Shown here: one piece after another, positions 24,131-37,329 of the stretch | Layout: each line of letters starts with the position of its first letter | Numbering within the stretch: the stretch's first letter is position 1 | Assembly: GCF_025612915.1 (NCBI RefSeq) | Contig: NC_069116.1 | Coordinates: forward strand, 6,154,123-6,218,122 | DNA length: 64,000 bases | Reading direction: 5' to 3' | Origin: Crassostrea angulata | Lineage: Eukaryota | Program-made: the position numbers and the translations under genes | The notes under the pieces: generated by a model | Told to the model about the DNA's origin: nothing | The model's database searches: none | The model's input: the letters and a program-made list of their open reading frames with translations, nothing else

Positions 24131-27059
24131 AGTTTACAATGCGGTAGTGTTGCACATCTTCACAGTGCTTTTATGACTTCTGAATATACAAGATATATAT
24201 TTGGAATAAGTATGGTTTTCTTTTAAGTTACATTATTAATATTAGGCAATCTCAAATTGGGAAAAACACACTCAATTTTGGGAAAAAAGATGCCTTTTTC
24301 ACGTTGGGAATGGGGCCAAATATCGGCCCCAATGATAGAGGATCGAGAGGCCTGTTCCCCCATCATAAATAATAAAATTTAGCAGCATGAACACAGGTGC
24401 TTGTTTCTGTCATAAAAGTTACCCTTTAGTATGATAATAACACAAGGTATCAACTCCAATTTAAGTGTAGCATTCCCTATGTGACTTGCAATCAATTTCG
24501 ATTTTGGATGAAACGTAATAGAAGAGTGCTCATAATCATGCTCTTCTACGATAATTTATCTGGTGTAAAACATCCTTTCCTGGCATCAAGCAATGTTTTG
24601 AAGCTGTTCATGCAAACAGGTAAATAGAGGCATGTCTGCCATAAATGATTTTGCAGATAAATAATCCTAGAAAACAATCATTATAAACACTTGTCCACTG
24701 CTTTTTCGTTGAATATAGTTGCAATTCAAAAAGATTACACCAGGTAATGAGTCAGATACCTTGTTTATAATATAATATACAATAGGGAAAACTTTATCTA
24801 AAAAAAACAAGTGTCTGACAGTGTGTTTAAACCACACATTTGAATATTTTTCATCAGTTTAAAATTATTGTTATACTTTCACAGCATTAAATAATGATAC
24901 AGTTTTTGTTGAAAAAAATGACCATAGTGACAATGATTAAAATTACCCAAAACGGACTGTTTAACAATTCCAAATTGCCTGTATGAGAAAATTCGGGTTA
25001 ATTCCAGTAGCTGAATTTTTTGTTCCATTTCTAGGGCGTAGTAATAAATAAATCTCAAAATATCGTCGTTGATTATACAAAGCTTTTTGTTTGGTTAAAT
25101 TATTGTTCATCTTTGATGACGTGAACTTCCTCAGGTAAACAAACCGATTTTGATAGTCTGTGCAGCCAAATGCTATGTTTTCTTATCTTTGTCATATTAT
25201 AAACCCGTAATAATCTTGAAGTAAAACAAACTGTACCTTTCCTACATGTTGGATGGAATCTGTTTATTTTGGGCTGTTGCAGTAATTCGAGTTTTTTGTT
25301 CAGCCCGTCAAAGCATGTAAAAAAATCAATGCAAGCGTCTTATCAACGCAGACAGTTCAGCTTCCCGGATAGTAGTTTAAACGCTTAAATGGTTTATGTA
25401 TAGTCTATTTCAATATGTTGGTGATTTATATCTTATCATTAAAGTAAAGAATTCCATATACGACAGCCAACTGTCAGCTGCCAACTGCTTGCTGCCTACT
25501 GCCAACTTTCTTACTCTTAACTAATTACTGCTCACTGCCAACTGCTAGCCTAAGTCCCATTTGCTTGCAGATGGTCTTGTCTCGCATAAGTGAAAGACGG
25601 TTTATTTAAAATATGTTTAGAAATAATGTAACTTTAAGTTAATCTTTAAAATAGTTATAAGGTTTCCAAAAGGTTCCATGGCATCGTGTAACGTGCTTGG
25701 GAGCAATAGATTTAGATGCAACATCGTTTCTAAGGCAATTTTAGAAAACTTGCTAGATGAGCCTATTACAAAATCATTTTTAGTTGCCTGGATATTTTCA
25801 AACATATCAAGAATGTTTATGTCTACATCCTTTTTTATATAGTAATAGCCAAATACTTCTGGGTTGCTATATAAAAAGGATTGACGACTCGATGAACAAA
25901 GTGTGTTTTCTAATTGTATGATTATTCAATGTGACCATCACTCTTTCAAGATCATTATGAAAGACAGGAATGAAACAAAGTCTCAGACATTCTACATGTA
26001 TATGGATAGCTTTAGACAAATCAAGAACTCCACTATTTCTCATGTCTCTCAAAAGTAGTAAACACGAGTTAATGTACGTTTCTTTGATATATCCACCACC
26101 TTTCTATTCTGTTATTTTTGGGAGGACTCCCTGTAAAAACAGTTTTCCGCAAATTCATTGTTATTTTCTTAATTTTTAGTGTTTTTTGTATATGGTTCAA
26201 ATACAATTACTACCTTGAAAATAATTATTTGTTGTTTTAAGATTATCAATTCCTTTTTTTACAGGTCAGTCTCTCCCCCCCCCCCCCCCAGTTAACTGAA
26301 GAAATTAAATAAAAAAAAACGAATAAAACGCGAAATATACTTGAAGTAGGCCATCTAGCTATTTGATATGCATGGCACACCAAATTCTCAAAAATGCACG
26401 AGTGAGCTAAACATTGTTTCACAGTGATTAGCTAGGTTTATTGGCTGTAAAGTATAGCTTCCGCACCTTGTCATCGGACATATTTCACATCTGTAAACCA
26501 TAGTTCAAGGGACTTGGACACGATTTTAGATCAAAATTTTCCTTTTCTTTTTTTTAAGAAAAAATGGTTTATTTGCTCATTTTGAATGATTGACCCAAAT
26601 TTAAATGTTGAAAGTCAAGTTTTAAGAAAGATACAGAGGTAAGCAATCATTGTTATGTAAACAAAGCTCGAGTAAAGTATGGAATTGCCATTTTTTTTGT
26701 TACCAAATGACTCATGAAAAACAAGGCAAACTGATTCAATGTGTTCATAGATAATATGATAAACAGAAAAGGGCAACATTCAGTTGAGACTTAATAAAAC
26801 ACAATAAAACACATATGTAAACCATAACAAAGTTCGAGCTTTGTTTACAAAACAAAGATTTTCAAACTTCGTATATATCTTGCTTATAACTCAATATTGG
26901 ACTTTCAAATTTTGATTAAAGAATTAAAAGTACCCATATTAACCATTCTAAACATTAGAATTGAAAAAATAAAATTTTAAATTTTGAGCTCAAATCGTGT
27001 CAAGTCCTTTTAAGGCGATAATCAATGTCTCAGAAGTTTTACGGTGCTACCGTGTGAGA

Positions 27060-27099
<40 letters not shown>

Positions 27100-27583
27100 A
27101 ACTTAATTTGGAGAGAATCGATCAGTTTGTAAAATGTAAGTTCTTTTCAATTTAATCAAATTTTTTCTTGTGTACCTTAAATTGTTATAATCTGATTTTT
27201 CCCCTGGTTCATAAATTATGGGGTTTTGTTATTTGTTCATGTTTGCATCAGTGCGAAATACATTGTCACACGTGGTGTCCATGTCCCCGGACCCACTTTG
27301 TAGGTCTGTAATTTACCATTTTCTAATCTAATGATTTGACAATATGCAATATCTACATAGATTATAACTGTTTTCCCCCTCTTTATTCTTTTTTTCTTAT
27401 TTTGTTCACTAGAACGGGGCTGTATATTTGATAGCAATTTTGCCAATATATTCTTTAAAATCTTCGTTATTTATACTTACTGTGTGCACATTTAGCTTAA
27501 AACTGGATCGATATGCTAGTAAATTATTGATCTTGCTCGGCTTGTACATGTGTATATATATAATCTCAATCTGAGTATAAAAA

Positions 27584-27587
<4 letters not shown>

Positions 27588-27680
<93 letters not shown>
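27588..27680. repeat. (TA)about45 microsatellite. Also (GA)n at 27040-27090 and (TTG)8 plus poly-T at 28170-28215.
   Basis: Seen directly. Track ORFs 27409..27696 and 28098..28400 are translations of these repeats. Confidence 0.95.
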
Positions 27681-27681
<1 letters not shown>

Positions 27682-28229
27682 TGTTATAAATCTCAATCGG
27701 AGTCAAAAAATTCAAAAAAATAATTATCTGAGGCAGGTATCACAGATGTTTATTTCTCAAATAGATTCCTACTAAACCCTCCGCCCCACTGCGCTACGCT
27801 GTTACATATGACAATTTCGTAAAAGAAACTTCTTCTGTAATCAGACTTCATTTTATTGTTTTTAAAATTGTTTAAACAATACGTCACAACATCGAGGTGG
27901 CCTATACCACCTTAAAATGTGTAGTTAATATGGTTTCAAGATCAAAGTTGGATATTCCATGATACCTTTTGAAAAAAGACAACAAATGTAATAATAATTG
28001 TTGGAGTAGGGGTTGTTGTTGACTATGTATACAAAGTACATGTATATTATAATATGCCCGTTCTGTATCAAATTGCACGGGAAAAGCGCGTAATCGTTCA
28101 GAAAAATATTTTCCAGCAAACCTTTTTAAAAGATTTATAATTAGGAAGAATAAGATAGTATTCTTCTGTTGTTGTTGTTGTTGTTGTTGTTGTTTTTTTT
28201 TTTTTTTTTTTTTCTGGTTTGTAAACTAG

Positions 28230-28371
28230 ATTCTGGTTTCGAGTTCTAATAAGAAGGTTATTGGTGCCGAGTTTGCCAGGGGCTGAGTTAACCAGATACC
28301 GTGTTGACTTTGCCTGGACACGCCCCTTCGAGTTTCCTGGTTGTTGTGAAATACCCGTTTTTTCTGTACAG
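28230..28371 (+). promoter_or_regulatory. MVP: Candidate non-coding first exon or promoter of MVP. A GC-rich block ends in the donor tacag|GTAAGC at 28372.
   Basis: The MVP start-codon exon begins with an acceptor at 30364, so an upstream 5'UTR exon must exist. This is the nearest upstream CpG-containing block with a consensus donor. An alternative candidate lies at about 28780-28846. Confidence 0.3.
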
Positions 28372-30223
28372 GTAAGCACGCTTTTGTTTTTTTCTGGCAT
28401 TACAATTTACAACTAATTGTTTCTGACAATGAATATACTCTGCTTTTTAACTGAAATTGTCGAAAGAGTACATGTCATATTATAATATTATAATTGTTAG
28501 TTGTTTTTACATTGCTATGGGGATTTTCAAAATAATGTTCAGGTATAGATTTATAAATTTTGCAATCACTAAGATATTTCTCCTCAATGGTGAAATCGCG
28601 ACAATTTGTTAATGTTTAAATATAGCTGTCTTTATTCATGGAGATTAACCATAAGTAAAATAAATTGGCCGAAGTCAGCAGTTTCATATGCTCTTATATA
28701 TATCCCCTGCCTTTAGTTTGGTCTTTATAGCGGGCACTGCGCAGCTAGTGTAGGAATTTCCTGATTCTAATAACAGCTATGACAGCGTTAAGCTGATATT
28801 TCACAACATTTCAATTTTGAGACTGCAAGTGTTTGAAGTCATCACTGTAAGTATATATATGAATTGAAAATGTACATTGATAACTTTCTGGAAATGAAAT
28901 GATCAAATAAAAATATTTAGCACTTATAGCTGTAAATGTGTAAATGTATATATATGGATTCTTCATGTGTTTGCAAAACCATGATGTAAAATTAAAAAGC
29001 TATTATTTGATCGTGTTGAATGTTTGATTACAGGGAGAAAGGATAAAATTTTTGTTGTGCGAACTTATAAACTTGTATATCAAAGAGGAAATCACAGACT
29101 AATTAATGTATAAGGATGAAACAATAGAAATTGTTTTTAGCCATTTGCTTGATGTGGGAATTTAATTTATATTAATTAGGCTCACATCCAAATTAAGCTT
29201 TCTTTACCTGTACATAGATATATTTACCGAGCATGGTCAGCTAACACAGTTTTCATTACAATTGATAAAAATAATTATGCACACACACAGTAATTACATG
29301 TATATAACTTTTAAGGACATTACACTAGCATGTATATAGTTGCATGAGGGTCAGACTGATTTACCTTTAGATCTTGGATACAGGCCAAGTTGTTGTTATT
29401 AATGTGAAGGAAATGTTATGCAACTTTAGACTTAATTGATTTGTGTTGACTGTTAACATACATGACGTAGATCATTTCCTTTCAATAATCTATATTTTTG
29501 TTGTTTCCTATGAACTTTTAATGAAAGTCTGACATAAAACATGCACGCACATGTACAAGTTGTCAAAAGATTATACCCAGTATTTAAGTGTAGTGTCAAC
29601 ATGTCTCGAGGTTTGGCTCTACACAAGACAGCTCTAGAATTAAATCAACCATTTTTAAATGTCTGCATGAAGGAAACTATGGAAAATATGGGTTTTTTTT
29701 TTCAAATTTAATGTATATAGTTATTAAAATAACTGAAAATTTTCTATATCTCCACAATTAGTGGTCTGCAAGATTGCATCTACAAAAAGAAGTTTTGTGT
29801 TTCAAATATATTTAAAGAATATACAAAATTGATATGTTAAGCCATTGCTAAATATCCTTATATATAGTAAATCTCCTATTGCTACAGATCGAGTGCTTAA
29901 TAAAAAGGTCTCAATATGAATGGTGCTTAGACTAAAAAATTTCCATTCTTTGTAACCTTAGAAAAGCTGTTGTAGTGATCAATTAATTTACATATGCTCG
30001 AATTACATACATTTTTACATTTTAAATGATTTAAAGCTCTCAATGTGAAAATGACATTTACACCGGGCCCACTATAGTGGATATTTCATTCATCTTACAT
30101 TGGTTTGAATGTCATATTTAAAAAACAAATCCATCAAACTATAAATTACACAGAAATGTTAATCTCTTGGATGAGAGCAATTTATTTTTAGAATTTTTAC
30201 ATGTAATTTGGTATTTCAGATGG

Positions 30224-30227
<4 letters not shown>

Positions 30228-30273
<46 letters not shown>

Positions 30274-30290
30274 CTCTCTCTCTCTCTCGT
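30228..30290. repeat. Compound microsatellite (AC)24(TC)9, 70 bp upstream of the MVP start-codon exon.
   Basis: Seen directly. Lies in the 5'UTR intron. Confidence 0.95.
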
Positions 30291-30380
30291 TGATAGTGTA
30301 GTGTGCATCCTATTTATTCTAAGTGTTGATAATCATGCAATTGCCTGTTTCCTTACATTTCAGAGTGAAGAAGAATCAAA

Positions 30381-30511
30381 ATGTCTAAGAATTCCAATGA
30401 CAGTATTTATCGCATCCCCCCTTATTATTATCTCCATGTCCTTGACCAGAATCTCAATGTCACCCGACTGGAGATTGGGCCCCAGACCTTCATCAGACAG
30501 GACAATGAAAG
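30381..30511 (+). CDS. MVP: Major vault protein exon 1, [43 protein letters not shown](R). Exon starts at 30364 after acceptor tttcag.
   Basis: Track ORF 30381. Near-identical to vertebrate MVP N-terminus [35 protein letters not shown]. Donor AAAG|GTATGC, phase 2. Confidence 0.9.
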
Positions 30512-30656
30512 GTATGCACATCAACCAATGTTTAAAAATTGCTTTCCTTACTTCTATAGAACTATTGCAAGAAGTTTTGGTACTAGAGTACAAAATTTAT
30601 TCTCTTGTTTAATACTATCATCATCTGGACTGGACTGTTGTGAAATTATGTTTCAG

Positions 30657-31203
30657 GGTGGTATATGGCCCAGAAAAGATGATCACAGTGCCCCCAAGGC
30701 ACTACTGCATCATTGAAAATCCAGTCGTGAAAGACAAAGAAGGAAAAGTGTTATTTGATGAAAGTGGTCAGTCCAAGCTTAGTCATGCTGACCTGGAGAT
30801 CCGTCTTTCCCAGGAGCCATTCCCTCTATACCCTGGAGAAGTCCTAAAACAGGTTGTGACCCCACTGAAGGTCATTCCAGCCAACTCTGCTCTGAGGTTG
30901 AGGGCGGTGCTGGATTTTGAGGATGACTCTGGGGAGAAGCGGGTGGCTGGAGATGAATGGCTGTTTGAGGGACCAGGGACCTACATCCCACAAAAGGAAG
31001 TGGTTATTGAGGAGACGATTCGAGCTACAGTAATTCGCCCAAATCAGGCCATCCGTCTCCGTGCAAGGAAGGAGACCATTGACAGAGAGGGAAAGGCTCG
31101 AGTTACTGGGGAGGAGTGGATTCATAAGAAAACAGGAGCGTACCTTCCCGGTGCATATGAAGAAGTGGTGGACATTGTCAATGCCTACGTTCTTACAGAG
31201 AAG
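30657..31203 (+). CDS. MVP: MVP exon 2 (182 codons; vault repeats; ...[15 protein letters not shown]...[34 protein letters not shown]).
   Basis: Track ORF 30640..31248 frame. Acceptor tttcag, donor GTGACG. Strong identity to MVP. Confidence 0.9.
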
Positions 31204-31333
31204 GTGACGTCTTTGTTTCTCAATCTATCACAAATCAGTGAACATTAAATTGTGAACATCTAATACATCTTGATATCATGCCGTTATTTGATTTCTAATA
31301 TGGTTTTGAAATTTTACTTTTCAAAATTTTTAG

Positions 31334-31459
31334 AAAGCTTTACACATGAAATCCTTGAGGACATTCAAAGATGGGTTTGGAATTGTAAGGAAGAATGGAG
31401 AGGAATGGTTGATCACAATGAAGGACAATGAGACCCATATCCCTGGAGTTTACGAGGAG
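31334..31459 (+). CDS. MVP: MVP exon 3, KALHMKSLRTFKDGFGIVRKNGEEWLITMKDNETHIPGVYEE.
   Basis: Acceptor tttttag, donor GTAAGA, phase 0/0. Aligns to human [42 protein letters not shown]. Placed by hand. Confidence 0.85.
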
Positions 31460-31790
31460 GTAAGATAAGTTACGAGTTACATATGTACATACATGTAATG
31501 GTACTGGTAAATAGACAATGTTACAGGGAAATTTAAAATATATACAGGAAATTGAAAGATGATTTTCCCACATGGTAATCGTTAGATATATAGCATCATG
31601 TAATCTCTCAAAATTCTATTTTGAAATTAAATTGCCAGTATCAAGTAATTAAATATCCGCTCTGTGAAATGGTCCAGGGCAAAAGCATGTACAAGTTGAA
31701 AATAAACTAAGGAAAACTGCATGGTGCTTTACAATGACTGTTATGAGTGGTAATTGAAACAAGTTGTATTAAAACACAACTTTATTTTAG

Positions 31791-31901
31791 GTTGTTGGAG
31801 TGGTAAACATCACAACCTTGACCTCCAGACAATACTGTGTCATCCTTGACCCCTGTGATGAGTCAGGTCATCCCCAGCTGGGTCGCAAAAAGCTTGTCAA
31901 G
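31791..31901 (+). CDS. MVP: MVP exon 4, [37 protein letters not shown].
   Basis: Acceptor ttattttag, donor GTAGGA. Aligns to [20 protein letters not shown]...GQKRVVK. Confidence 0.85.
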
Positions 31902-32081
31902 GTAGGAATCCAGAAATCATTTTTAAAAATACTTTAAAAATGTGTGTACCTCCAAAGGGTATGTTTAGAGAGTTATGAAATTGAGCAAAAACCCTCTAGC
32001 TTACAGTATTAATCTTTTTCTGTATGTTGTAGCTGTGAAACACAATAAAGAGAATGTCTATCTGGGTTTTTTTGTTGACAG

Positions 32082-32207
32082 GGAGAGCGATCTTTCTTTT
32101 TGCTGCCTGGAGAACGGCTGATGAAGGGAATACAGAATGTCTACGTTCTTGGAGAAGACGAGGGCCTTATCCTCAGAGCCACAGAGTCGTTCAAAGATGA
32201 AGACACG
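32082..32207 (+). CDS. MVP: MVP exon 5, GERSFFLLPGERLMKGIQNVYVLGEDEGLILRATESFKDEDT.
   Basis: Acceptor ttgttgacag, donor GTATGT. Aligns to [33 protein letters not shown]. Confidence 0.85.
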
Positions 32208-32376
32208 GTATGTGTATGCTAAATAAGGTTTAGATCTTGGATACATTGAAATTAACTTAATCCATTTCATGCACATATTTCAAAATTCATAAAGTTTACA
32301 ACAGGAAGAGCAATGTTAGTATCACAGTTGACTGTTTATGACATTAGTAATTAATATATTTGTCTTTGATGATCAG

Positions 32377-32526
32377 AGCGAAGAACTTCGTCCAGGAGAT
32401 AGGTGGATGATTCGTGGCCCCAAGGAGTATGTCCCTCCAGTAGAAGTGGAAGTTCTGATTAAGAGGGTAGCCATTCCTCTGGATGAAAATGAGGGTATCT
32501 ATGTGCGAGACGTCAAGACAGGAAAG
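32377..32526 (+). CDS. MVP: MVP exon 6, [50 protein letters not shown].
   Basis: Track ORF 32338..32538 frame. Acceptor tgatcag, donor GTGTGT. Near-identical to human [18 protein letters not shown]. Confidence 0.9.
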
Positions 32527-32643
32527 GTGTGTATTTAAATTTCCAGATGTTTGAGTGGTAGTTGGATACAGTGACACAAATAGGCTCTCTATTGTCAGGA
32601 AAAATCTGGTACAGTGTAATTGTAATGTATATCAAAGTACTGA

Positions 32644-33316
32644 TGGGAGTTGATTTCATCGATTATTATTTATCTTAAAATCAACAATATGTTATTTTGC
32701 TTGGCAAGTAGTTCATAATCTCTATTTGAATTACGCACATTTTTAAAAAATGGATTACCGGACATTTCCGACAAGAATTTCGAGAAAACCTGTTATGAAT
32801 CATGTTGTGTTATATTAAAAACTAGAATTGATTTCATCAAACTATGTATCTGTATTCGAAATATTTTAAAAAGTGTATGGATCCAACCAATAATGAACTC
32901 TAGTCTCATACAACCAGATGCTCGGCTGTCTCCGTTAATCTCCGACAAGTAAGAGATACCAGGTCACGTGATACGCTTGATGATGCGACCTCTTAATATA
33001 GACTGACTCCCTGCTTGTTGGAGATGTATGGAGACAGCCGATGGTTAAACAAGACTATATTGAACTCTGGCGTAGGAATACATACGACTGCAAAAAACTT
33101 CTAAAATGTTCGTAATATTTAAAATCTGACTATTTCTTAGGTATTTATAAATAAGTTTCCTTTTAAAAAATGCTTCAGCGTACATTACATCAAATTAATT
33201 GATTATTTTCAAGAACTAACTCTTGTCAGCAGTGATGATTTGTGCTTAGGTCCAAACACTGTTTCAGTTTCGGTTTGCTAGAGTAACTGCATAGGAGAGT
33301 TGATTAAAATCAACCC
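32644..33316 (+). mobile_element. MITE-like element, copy 2 of 3, inserted in MVP intron 6.
   Basis: About 90% identical to 7007-7612, including the central palindrome. Confidence 0.8.
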
Positions 33317-33390
33317 CCAATAATGACTGCAACAATCTCATTGTGATTGAAACGTCACTGATTTAATGTTTGTTGATTTGTTGATGTCAG

Positions 33391-33629
33391 GTGCGTGCTG
33401 TCAGAGGAGAAACCTACATGCTGAGTCATGATGAGGAACTCTGGGAAAAAGAGCTCCCTCCTGCGGTGGAGACTTTGCTTCTGGCTGGCAAAGACCCATT
33501 GGCTGACCGTTCGGACCGTTCCAAAGGTGCAGAGAAGTCCGAGAAACGGGACAAGACCAGGGTTGTCACTTTCAGAGTCCCACACAATGCAGCTGTCCAA
33601 ATCTATGATTACAAAGAGAAAAAAGCCAG
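33391..33629 (+). CDS. MVP: MVP exon 7, [24 protein letters not shown]...[23 protein letters not shown](R).
   Basis: Track ORF 33391..33696 frame. Acceptor gatgtcag, donor CAG|GTGCAG, phase 2. Confidence 0.9.
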
Positions 33630-33757
33630 GTGCAGAAACTATCTGAGATTATGTAAATTTGACACAAAATTGGCATGTATATGTTTGGAAGTGTAAAAAT
33701 AGCTCTAATGCTCTTTGACTGACTCACTGAATAAACCATGTTTGTTTACATTTGCAG

Positions 33758-34100
33758 AGTGATCTTTGGACCTGAGCTGGTTATGCTTGGTCCAGATGAA
33801 CAGTTCACACAGCTCTCCCTGTCTGGTGGTAAACCAAAGAAACAAAATGTCATCAAATCTCTGTGTCTCCTTCTGGGCCCCGACTTCTGCACAGACATCA
33901 TCACCGTGGAAACTGCTGATCACGCCAGGCTCTCACTCCAACTGTCCTACAACTGGCACTTCGATATCAAGGACAAAAAGGATGTGGTAGAGGCTGCCAA
34001 GATCTTCAGTGTCCCAGACTTTGTGGGAGATGCTTGCAAAGCCATTGCCTCCAGGGTCAGAGGGGCTGTTGCTCAAGTACAGTTTGACGATTTCCACAAG
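33758..34100 (+). CDS. MVP: MVP exon 8, (R)[28 protein letters not shown]...[32 protein letters not shown].
   Basis: Track ORF 33738..34115 frame. Acceptor tttgcag, donor [29 protein letters not shown] is identical to human. Confidence 0.9.
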
Positions 34101-34204
34101 GTGAGATTTTGTTAAAAAGTGAAGTTGACGACTCTTTGAATTTCCTGTGACCATTTTATGTTGTTGGAAAGTAAATTGTCCCATGTGTCTACATTTTATT
34201 TTAG

Positions 34205-34660
34205 AACTCAGCAAGAATTATCAGATCCTCTGTTTTTGGATTTGATGACAAGGATAGGGTTCGGGAACAATTTAAATTCCCCCAGAATAATCTGTGTATC
34301 ACCAGCATTGACATTCAGTCCGTGGAACCTGTGGACCAGAGGACCAGGGATTCATTGATGAAATCTGTCCAGTTGGCCATTGAAATCACAACCAACTCTC
34401 AGGAGGCTGCTGCCCGCCATGAGGCCGAACGTCTGGAACAAGAGGCCAAAGGTCGTCTGGAGCGTCAAAAGATCTCAGATGAAGCAGAGGCTGAGAAGGC
34501 AAGAAAAGAATTGTTGGAGCTGCAGGCTAACAGTGCTGCAGTGGAGAGCACTGGTCAGGCTAAAGCTGAGGCCCAGAGTCGAGCTGAAGCTGCCAAGATT
34601 GAGGGTGAAGCTGCTGTTGAACAAGCCAAACTCAAAGCCCAGGCCTCGAAAATTGAAGCC
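34205..34660 (+). CDS. MVP: MVP exon 9 (152 codons; shoulder and start of the cap-helix coiled coil; ...[51 protein letters not shown]...).
   Basis: Track ORF 34322..34684 frame. Acceptor ttattttag, donor GTAAGT. Confidence 0.9.
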
Positions 34661-34844
34661 GTAAGTACCCAAACTATAGTCTGAATGATAGTTCAATATC
34701 CTTTAGGATGAATGATACGATGCATTTTAATATACATGTAACATACATATTGTGAATTGTTAAACAATTGTAATTTGCTTATAGTAGGACAAGTTGTGTA
34801 TGTGAATATATGTCCAGGTCTTTACACAAATATAATGCTTTCAG

Positions 34845-35189
34845 GAATCTGAACTTGAGAGACTTACAAGTGCCAGGGAGGCTGAGCTCAAATTTCTCCG
34901 CGAACAGAACGAAATGGAGCTCAGCAAAAGCCGAGAAATTGCTGAAATTGAGACCTCCAAATTCAAGAGTCAAGTGGATGCCATTGGAGCTTCCACACTC
35001 CAAGCCATTGCTACTGCTGGGCCAGAGATGCAGGTACGTCTCCTGTCTGCTCTGGGCCTCAAGTCCACACTTATTACCGATGGGAACAGTCCAATCAATC
35101 TCTTCAATACCGCCAATGGTATCATAGGGGGAATGGTTCCTGCCAAAAGATCCCGAAGATCCGCTCCAGAGTCTGATGACGACGATTAG
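34845..35189 (+). CDS. MVP: MVP terminal exon (...[39 protein letters not shown]...SDDDD, stop at 35187-35189).
   Basis: Track ORF ending at 35189. Acceptor gctttcag. [32 protein letters not shown] is conserved with human MVP. Assembled protein is about 857 aa. Confidence 0.9.
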   Translation, partial: ESELERLTSAREAELKFLREQNEMELSKSREIAEIETSKFKSQVDAIGASTLQAIATAGPEMQVRLLSALGLKSTLITDGNSPINLFNTANGIIGGMVPAKRSRRSAPESDDDD

Positions 35190-35492
35190 AAGTTGACATT
35201 GTGTTGACAGCTTAAGAGTGCAATTTTTTATTTGTGTGTATGACATGTGCTTATTGTGTTTAGACATGAAAATTTAACATATATAATTATCCCTGATGAG
35301 AATGAAAAGGTAACATATCAAGGCAGCAGGGTTGGAGATATGCCTGTGTTTGACAAAGTATATGCATGGTATCCATGAAAGCAATTTGTTTATGTTTCTA
35401 TATCTATTTAAACCAGTACATGTATATCCCTTTGAACTGTGATATCAATTGTTCATGTAGATACCAGGACTTGGACAACAAATATTTTGTAA

Positions 35493-35498
35493 AATAAA
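35493..35498 (+). terminator. MVP: Candidate poly(A) signal AATAAA for MVP, about 300 nt after the stop.
   Basis: First canonical hexamer downstream of the stop. Weakly supported. Confidence 0.3.
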
Positions 35499-36339
35499 CA
35501 CTGACCTTGTACATTTAGAAAGTGCAACGTGTTTGGTACTCTCTGCACATCTTGGAGTCATGGTTTAAACATAGTTTAATTAATGCACTTTTTGGACATG
35601 TTGTTACTAGTTTTGTATCCACTTTTTTCTGTTGAATATAGTTTACACTTGTTCTATTTTCCGTTGTAGTTTCTAATATTTAATTTTGTATTTGATTTAA
35701 GTTCATTTCTAATATAATAAAAGATAATGCAAAAATAATGTTCTTGTTTGTTCTTAGCTTTGGGTGCAGAGAATTAATCAAAACCTCTTTTTTACAATAG
35801 GTCAACATTTTTGTGCTGGTCAGGGCTACTGTTAGGACTTTGGCTTAGTTTGTTAATTTTGTGACTCTGTGGGTGAATGGAATCAAGATTTACATGTATT
35901 AACATTATTTTAAAAATATATTCGCTGTACCTTGCCTGAAGCATTTAACTTAATCGTAATTTCACATAACATGTAGATTCAAACCGCAATATGTCTCGTA
36001 TAAAGTAACATTTTTTCATGAGTGATGTGGCTTATCCGTTTTTAACTGATGCCCATTTCTTACATATAACATGTATATTTCTTGTTATGACTTTCAAACC
36101 TGACTGAATCATATCATAATTTGCGGATATGGGACACATTTCTTTTGGCCCTTCTATTTTATTTGATTTGTCAGATGCCCCATTTACTGTAGTGTATGTA
36201 AGAACAATGTAAGAAAATCAACTATAATCAAAAAAAAAAATAGCGTTTGTGTATCATTTACAATAAGCTTATTCATATTTTGATATGTAAATAATTGGTA
36301 TTAATCACTGAAATCCATTTGTGAAAATTACTGTAAACC

Positions 36340-36960
36340 AACTTTATTCGCGTGGTAGATATTTTCGCGAGGTTTTACGAGATACTCGCAATCACGGTAT
36401 TTCTCGCCAGGAACCAGTTATATATGTCTCCGATATTTTATTGTTATTATCCATATTCGATTTAAACTTCATTGATGTTGCTTGTAGTTCCAGTAGGTAA
36501 TGTTTTTATTGACCTAACGGTCATGGCGTTATTCCTTATTTACACTTGGTGATCTTGGCTCTTTTCTTCGGAGCTCAGTGGCTGTAATGGCCAAACTTAC
36601 GTAAAATGTCTCCATGACATGTTCATTAGCAACCTTGTTAAGTTGTAAATTTCGTATTTACAGCCACCCAGTAAAAATTTACAACTTGACAACTTGTACG
36701 AGCTGTTGCAAAATCGCGAAATAAAGTCGTCGCGAACAAAAGTGTGTTTACGGTATTTACAAAATTTACAGTTGGTCTTGGATAATTACGAAAAGGAGTT
36801 TAAAATGTTGTATTGAGTTAAAACGTTTGTTTTACCTTCACTTTCCTAAAACTATGATGTAGAGCACATGGTGGTCGATCTCTGCATGTAAAGTGCGCGC
36901 TGTCTCCGAAATCGTCCAGTCTCCATCCTCAGTATTGTCTCACACTGTAACTGAGCCATT
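36340..36960. promoter_or_regulatory. CpG-enriched island-like block (about 30 CpG in 620 bp) between MVP and the glycosyltransferase gene. Candidate promoter or non-coding first exon.
   Basis: CpG density far above the surrounding AT-rich DNA. The glycosyltransferase coding exon begins with an acceptor, so it needs an upstream exon. Confidence 0.25.
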
Positions 36961-37329
36961 GCTGAAGAACATTATAAGGCATGGTTAGAACCCCTAGTGT
37001 AGATCCTTTCCATAGATACGTCATTCTGGGGTTTTTCCTTAATTCTATTTTTTTTTTGCAGATAATGAGATATCATAATTCAGTTCCGATGACTTATATC
37101 AATTTAGAGAAGATGGGTGAATAAGGCGTGTAATATGCCCATATGAGGAATGAATAGATACTGCAAAATTAAAATATCATTAAATCTGATACCAAAAAAA
37201 AAAATAATAATAATTAAAAACAATGTATATTAAACGTAACATCGGTTTGTAACCCTTAAGCTTATTTTAAATACTTGCAATAGGTTTATTTAAACTGGGC
37301 TATGCGTGTCAAAACCTCCAAATAGTGTC

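Noticed and set aside
27409-27696. Track ORF with a YIYIYI... run.
   Set aside because: Translation of the (TA)n microsatellite.
28098-28400. Track ORF with KKKKKTTTTTTTT.
   Set aside because: Translation of poly-T and (TTG)n.
30208-30612. Track ORF 134 aa starting YTHTHTHTH.
   Set aside because: It begins inside the (AC)n microsatellite and runs through MVP exon 1 in the wrong frame.
34380-34696. Alternative-frame ORFs over MVP exon 9 (K/R-rich 94 aa on plus, 73 aa on minus).
   Set aside because: Frame artefacts of the repetitive coiled-coil coding sequence. The MVP frame is supported by homology.
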